Of a stretch of DNA of 64,000 nt, positions 60,216 to 64,000 are shown piece by piece. Within the stretch, counting starts at the first letter, position 1. Each line of letters begins with the position of its first letter. The notes under the pieces were generated by a model that saw only the letters and a program-made list of their open reading frames with translations, did no database searches and was not told the origin of the DNA. The DNA is taken from positions 246,326,001-246,390,000 of the forward strand of contig OZ024743.1 of assembly GCA_964016885.1 (NCBI GenBank). The letters are read 5' to 3'. This DNA is from Eledone cirrhosa (lineage: Eukaryota). Both the position numbers and the translations under genes were made by a program.

Positions 60216-63200
60216 GCTTTCTTTATTTACCACAAGGGTCTACATAAAGTAGACATTAAGGACAGTACAGGACAATACAGGGCGGTACAAATGGGCATTT
60301 ATGCGTATAAAAAACAAGAAACAGAGGATGTAATAATAGAACAATGAAAAAACTCCCCAATAGGGGGGAGACGTCCGAGGAACATTCGTGGAGAAAGCCC
60401 ATTAAAAAGCCACAGTGACCCTGACCACCAGGGCAAGTGCTCTCTCCTAGTTTTCCACCTTTAATTTACAGACACATACTCAGAGAAGGCCCATTCACTC
60501 GGGCCATTCTTGCCTCTCTCACCCAATTTCAACAAAATGCTGGGAAGAGAGCACTTCCCTTTCTACCCTGATTTTCCTTTTCAAATGAAATTTGAAAAAG
60601 TTAATCAGGGCATCACCGAAGAGGTAAGTGCTCGTCTTCAGCCCTTTCAAACGTGTCCATCATACTATCTCTTTCGCCATGGCCACCAGACAGATAAAAA
60701 CTGCCTGCCCTTCCCGGCTAAAGGAAGAGGGCGGGGCAATCCTCACGATGGACTCAGCTGATAGCCGGATCCGTCCTACACGCGACAGCAGGTGTTCGAC
60801 ATAAACCCACAGGTCAGCAATGCTCGGACACTGGACGAGTGCGTGCAGGACGGTTTCGTCGCTCTGCGCGCATCTGGGACATGCCCGACTGACGGCACCT
60901 CCATGCCTGTAGAGTTTATCCCGAACTGGCAAAGCTCCTCGGTAGCACTGCCAGGCCAGGGATTTCTGGAAGTTGTCCATAGGCCCCGGCCCGAAAGTTC
61001 TTCCGAAGAGATTGGCTAGTTGATTTTCGTCGACGCCTAGAGTTTCCCCAAGTACGTCGTCGCTCTGCCCCCCCACTAATCCTCTATAGAACACAAAGGT
61101 GGAGTTTCCACCGATCACATTGCCCGATTGGTCGAGGGCTGTGAGCGCCTGAAGACATTCCAGTCTCCAAGCGCTCCCTCTCGGTCTTCGCTTGACCCAG
61201 GACTGCAGCTCCGTCAAGGAGACGAGCTGGGGAAAGATGCGTCTAGCAAACGGAGACCACACCTGATCACCGCCGAGGAAGAGGTGGAGATGTCGTAGCC
61301 TGAGCGCGTGTCTGCGCATCATCAACCACGGCATTCCCACCCCTCCACGTAGCGGGTGTTGACAGCAGATGGACCGCCTGACCATCGGAGCGCGTCCCTT
61401 CCACAAGAAGCGAAAGAGCAAACGCTCCAGCGCAGTCAGGCGGAGCTTAGGACAAGGTACGACGGTCAGGCGGTAGTAGATGACGGACGCGATATACGCG
61501 TTAGCCACCTCCGCTCGACCTTTCAGGGATAGCGTCCTCTCGGCCCATTTCTGGGTGAGAGAAGCCACCCTGTTCGTCACCTCGTCCCAGTTTTTGTCCG
61601 TCTGGAGGTCTGGACCGAACCAGACCCCGAGCAATTTAACTGGTCCGTCCGTCCAGCGCCCGACGACGCTGTTGGACGGCATGGACCTGCCTCTCCAGGT
61701 GCCGAGCTGCAGGCCCACTGACTTTTCCTGGTTGATCATTGCTCCTGTCACCGCTTCGTATTCTCTGAGTGTAGTGCCGATCGCCTCGATGTGTTTGGCG
61801 TTCGACACCACTACGGTGACATCGTCCGCATATGCTGACACGGATCTTCCGCATCCTAGTTCGCGCGGGACCCCCCTCAACGTCTCCAGTTTGTGCAGTA
61901 ATGGCTCGAGAGTCAATACGTACAAGAGGGACGAGAGGGGACATCCTTCGCGGACCGAGCGCATGATGTTGAACGGTTCCGAAAGGTGACCGTTCACTCT
62001 CACCACAGAGCAGATGTCGCTGTGCATGGCAGCGATCCAGCCTCTGAAGACGGGCCCAAAGCCAGCCGCCCTCAGGACTGCCGCTAGGTAACGATGGTCG
62101 ACCCTATCGAAAGCTTTCGACTGATCTAAATTGATCAAGGACCCACCCGTGCCAGGTTCCCTAGCTACCCTCTCTACGATGTATCGCATGAGGTGGAGGT
62201 TGTCGTGGATGGATCTGTCGGGAATGGCGCATGTCTGCGCCTCTCCCACCAGACCACCAACGACAAGCGCCAACCTCTTTGCTAGCACCTTGGCCAAAAT
62301 CTTGAACTCTGTGTTTAGCAGAGTTATGGGCCTAAAATTATCTATGTTATCCCCCTTGTTCGGATCCTTTCTCAGCAGCGTCACAGCTCCTCGGCTCACA
62401 GAGCTGGGAATTCTCCCGTTCTGTTGCCAGTTGCAGTAGACGTCCGCCAAGAGGCCTCCGAATAAGTCTGGCATCTGTACGTAAAGTTCATAGGGCAGAC
62501 CATCCAAATCAGGCGATTTACCCCTTGTGCAGCTAGTCATTGCCTCCCGTACTTCAGCGGCTGTTATCGGCTTTTCGCAACACTCCTCCTCAGTGGCCGA
62601 GAGCCGCGGCAGTCCGTCGAGGTAGACACTAAAGTCCATCCCTCGATCCGGCCCGCCGCTGCCCCCGAACAACTGAGCGAAGTGTCGCTGAAAAGCTTCA
62701 CACATTTGCCCGGGATCGAGTAACATGCGCCCGTCGTGGTCCACCAAAGACCGGATCGTGGCTTTGTTGCCACGACGCGCCTCCGCCACTCGGGCCCATT
62801 GAACGGCTTTCGTCCCCTCGTGTCTGAGAGTACGCACCCTAGCTCTGACAACGCAGCCTTCGTGCTTTGCATTGAAGAATTGGTCAAGGGCCAATTTCGC
62901 CGCAAGTACGTCGGTCGCGATGCCTTTGCTAAGCGCCTCGTCTAATTTTCTAACTAATTCTCCCTCTGCTCTATTTTTCTCTATTGCTAAAGCCTTACTA
63001 AACCTAATGGACTCTATTCTAATTGCTCTTTTCAGAGCAAACCACCACTTGTTGTTGACGATGGCCCCCGTCAACGCCCGCTTAACTAGTTCGCTAATCC
63101 GGTCTCTGTAGGCCTTGCGCGCTGGTAAGGACGCGTTTAGCTTCCAGTAGCCGGGTCCTCGTCTATGAAGCCTATCTAAGTCAAGCACACAGATCACGAA

Positions 63201-64000
63201 TTTGTGGTCCGTGTAGCTGACTATCTTGAATTGTGGACAGCCTATGCTAGACCTATCTATTTCTCTACAAGCTACTCTATCTAGATATGATCTGGATGAC
63301 CCTATGCGATTTGTCCAAGTCCACATTGGCACATTCGGGAAATCCAATCGGTACCTGTCAGACATTTCAAAACGCCTGAGCAGGTTGGTGAGGCTCTTGC
63401 ACCCTCCTCCCCTATCCGCTAATCCCACACGGTCCCAGCGTGCATCTAAGATCCCGTTCCAGTCGCCCACTAACACTAAAGAGCGGGATGTTCCAAGAAA
63501 GGTCTCCAGACGCCGGAAGAAATCAGGCCGCCCTGCTCCTGTCGGGGCATAGACGGCCACTAGCCTGAAAGCTTGCCCGTCTCCGCTGGTCACGTCTAGC
63601 ACCACCAACTTACCTTCTGGCTCCAGGAAGATGGCCCGTATGGCGAGATCCAAACCTCTCCGAAAAAGCACAGCAACTCCTCCCTCCGATCCCGGACGGC
63701 TGGGAGATGCGTACACATCGTAGCCGCCGAAGATCGGTGCGAAGGCCCGTGCTTCGGAGATTCTGGTCTCGCTGATGGCCACTACATCTATGTTTAGTGA
63801 CCTGAGGTCGTTGAGAAGGTGGCCCTGCTTCCATGACGACCCCAAGCCTACGCACATTTATGCTGCCCATTCTGAGAGAGGTCATGTTGAAATGGAGTGG
63901 AAAAGATGGGAAAGACCACTTACCTTACTTCTCGTAGAGGAAGGATGGTTTGTCCATCCTTTTCACTGCTTGTGGCCTCCTCCGGAAGGATGTCCTTATA
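60216..64000 (-). mobile_element. Tx1/L1-clade LINE, copy 2 (runs off the window); ORF2 has a 5' frameshift near 63850 and a premature stop at 60660
   Basis: 1065-aa ORF 60660-63857, nearly identical to copy 1. TGG to TGA at 60660-60662. Confidence 0.93.

Overview
AT-rich animal genomic DNA, most likely an octopus or other coleoid cephalopod (inferred from the tRNA-derived SINE families and the repeat spectrum). I recognise no host protein-coding exon with confidence; almost all long ORFs come from transposable elements. Positions 1-31 kb look like CpG-depleted intron-like DNA with decayed RTE, CRE, R4/Dong and Penelope fragments, SINEs, MITEs and non-autonomous Helitrons, plus two weak minus-strand exon candidates. 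Positions 33-64 kb are a young TE nest: a long-TIR MITE with an 8-bp TSD (Merlin-like), a hAT relic, a near-intact autonomous Helitron (STPR-like repeats, Rep, Pif1 helicase, one frameshift) in tandem with a non-autonomous Helitron, two Naiad-like Penelope elements, three R4/Dong 3' fragments and two head-to-tail Tx1/L1 elements sitting in (AAT)n. The most interesting hidden structure is seven hammerhead-ribozyme-like folds read by eye. Three copies have a non-canonical CAGANGA core, one of them carried inside a Helitron. Two copies have a compensatory U3-A8 core (UUGAAAA) with a long stem II insert. Two are minimal canonical motifs, one about 12 nt into a candidate host intron. All folds and family assignments are manual and need computational confirmation.
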